This document shows positions 62,396-64,000 of a DNA stretch of 64,000 nucleotides, one piece after another. How positions within the stretch are numbered: position 1 is the stretch's first letter; each line of letters starts with the position of its first letter. The stretch comes from Nemertoderma westbladi (lineage: Eukaryota > Animalia > Xenacoelomorpha). A program made the translations under genes and the position numbers. The notes below the pieces were generated by a model. It had not been told where the DNA came from. It made no database searches and worked only from the letters and a program-made list of their open reading frames with translations. The DNA lies in NCBI GenBank assembly GCA_032718475.1, contig JAUCBJ010000785.1, positions 1 through 64,000 of the forward strand, read 5' to 3'.

Positions 62396-63588
62396 ACAGT
62401 AACTACAGTACGTAACTGTTTGATGATAAAATATTTTTCATATTTCCTTAAATTAAAAATTATAATTAAATAGAATTATAGTTCTTTCAGTTTATATATC
62501 TAAAGATGATAGTTTCAACTAAACTGGGCTAACTAAAGGAAGATTCAGTTATCAGTCATCTTATAAATAATATTATCATAGCCTGAATTTATTATTAATT
62601 GTGATTAAATTTGTTTATTTTTAAAACCTGTAGTTGTTGTTCAATAACTGCAGCACCGATTACTGCCTAAAGCTAAGAAATTATAAGAGAACCAACCATT
62701 TCGCAGTTCCTTTTTTTCCTAATAGCAATAATTCCCGGCGAGTAAACGCTTGCTATTGGTCGTACAGAGTTTGACAGGTTGGATTTTATCCACTTAGAGG
62801 GAAGCAATAAATTATCACAAGAACGGAATTTAAGTAAGAAAGAGCCCTTAAAAACAACTGGAGACAATATTTACTGATTGGTTGTAATCTCACTCGAAGT
62901 AACAACCAATCACTTTAGGGCCTCTATTTTGCAACTAAAATGCACAGCTATGATTTAATATTTTAATAATATAACCTGCTAAAGACCCTCAATATTACTA
63001 CCTCTTCATCCGTTCGTTTACTACTATGATTGACTGATTAATTAAAATCTAAATCAGGTATAACATTGCATTTAAACTCCTATAAAAAAACTTGTTAATT
63101 TAATATTAATATTAATTAATATCAATTAATATTAATAATTTAAATAGTTGATAATTCGAATCAGCAGTCAGAAGAGCAGAGCAGAGAGAGACCTGGTCGG
63201 AAAATAACCGTACCAAGTACCAACGTGAGATGGAGAACTTTCATGTGAGACTTATAAACTTTGCGAAACTCTGCAAAGCAGCTATATAAACATTCGCCAA
63301 TCGCAATTCCTCTTGTTAACAAACGGATAGCGTTTGTGTTTAAACAACGCATAGCACTGGGTGCCATGTATAATTATTTTAATCTATCATTTTCTGAAAA
63401 ATATTTTCCAATATTAAGACAGTTGTAGTTCAGTGGCAGTCAGTGGGCGCCTGGGATGCTTTCAATGCAATTATGGGTGCTGTCGGGATTTAAAACTATG
63501 TATTCAAAAAATTAAGCCTTCTTATACAACTGTTGGCAAAACAAAACAAATTAGGTGGTGAGCTGGGTGAGTGACTCACATTTTGCAA

Positions 63589-63619
<31 letters not shown>

Positions 63620-64000
63620 TAAACCCACGGGGTTATTTTTTTAATTTGTTTTTAAATTTCAAAATATGGTTGAATAATGCGCAAAAAAAAATATACCATC
63701 AAATAAGAGAATGACCTAAAGTGAAATTTTTTTTTAATTTTATTATATTATTTTTTGACGGACCGTCAAATATAAGGAAAGCGCAGATCTTCTAGCTAAA
63801 GGTTTTTCTCTATGGATTTTCAGGGTAGCAGAATCCATTTCAAGTCAGTTTCAACATTTGATGACTTACAAATTGTCTGCTTGGCGTCAGGTTGTCGGTT
63901 ATATTTTGACGGACACACTGACAGACTTACGGACCGGAACGACGGCGCCAAATTTGAATACTGATATCAGGAATGAAGTCACGGAGCAAGAAAATCCGTA

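Noticed and set aside
63592-63619. Poly-G run (also poly-C at ~51857-51878)
   Set aside because: Simple homopolymers of uncertain length with no further evidence of function

Overview
AT-rich, repeat-dense eukaryotic DNA, probably from an invertebrate animal. The main feature is a young, full-length 18.7-kb BEL/Pao LTR retrotransposon (11673-30328) with 1191-bp LTRs about 99.7% identical and an ATATA target-site duplication (TSD). It has two unusual traits. (1) Where env would sit there is an intact 1417-aa ORF with a DnaQ/DEDDy-like 3'-5' exonuclease domain and CCHC zinc knuckles; a divergent, decayed homolog of this ORF lies at ~3862-7444, so it is a protein family. (2) There is no tRNA-type primer-binding site (PBS); instead the 11 nt right after the 5' LTR are perfectly complementary to an 11-mer inside the LTR, the signature of Tf1-type self-priming. 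Host genes are a 3-exon secreted fibrinogen-domain gene, tRNA-Gln(TTG), an intronless 818-aa acidic coiled-coil gene, and a 9-exon SLC24/NCKX exchanger on the minus strand. The convergent 3' ends of the last two genes are tandemly duplicated (~3.3 kb). Other repeats include L2/CR1 and RTE LINE remnants, tRNA-derived SINEs, Helentron/DINE-like elements, a foldback MITE with a 9-bp TSD, and a 2.4-kb hairpin minisatellite with higher-order structure. All calls come from manual reading; no database searches were run.
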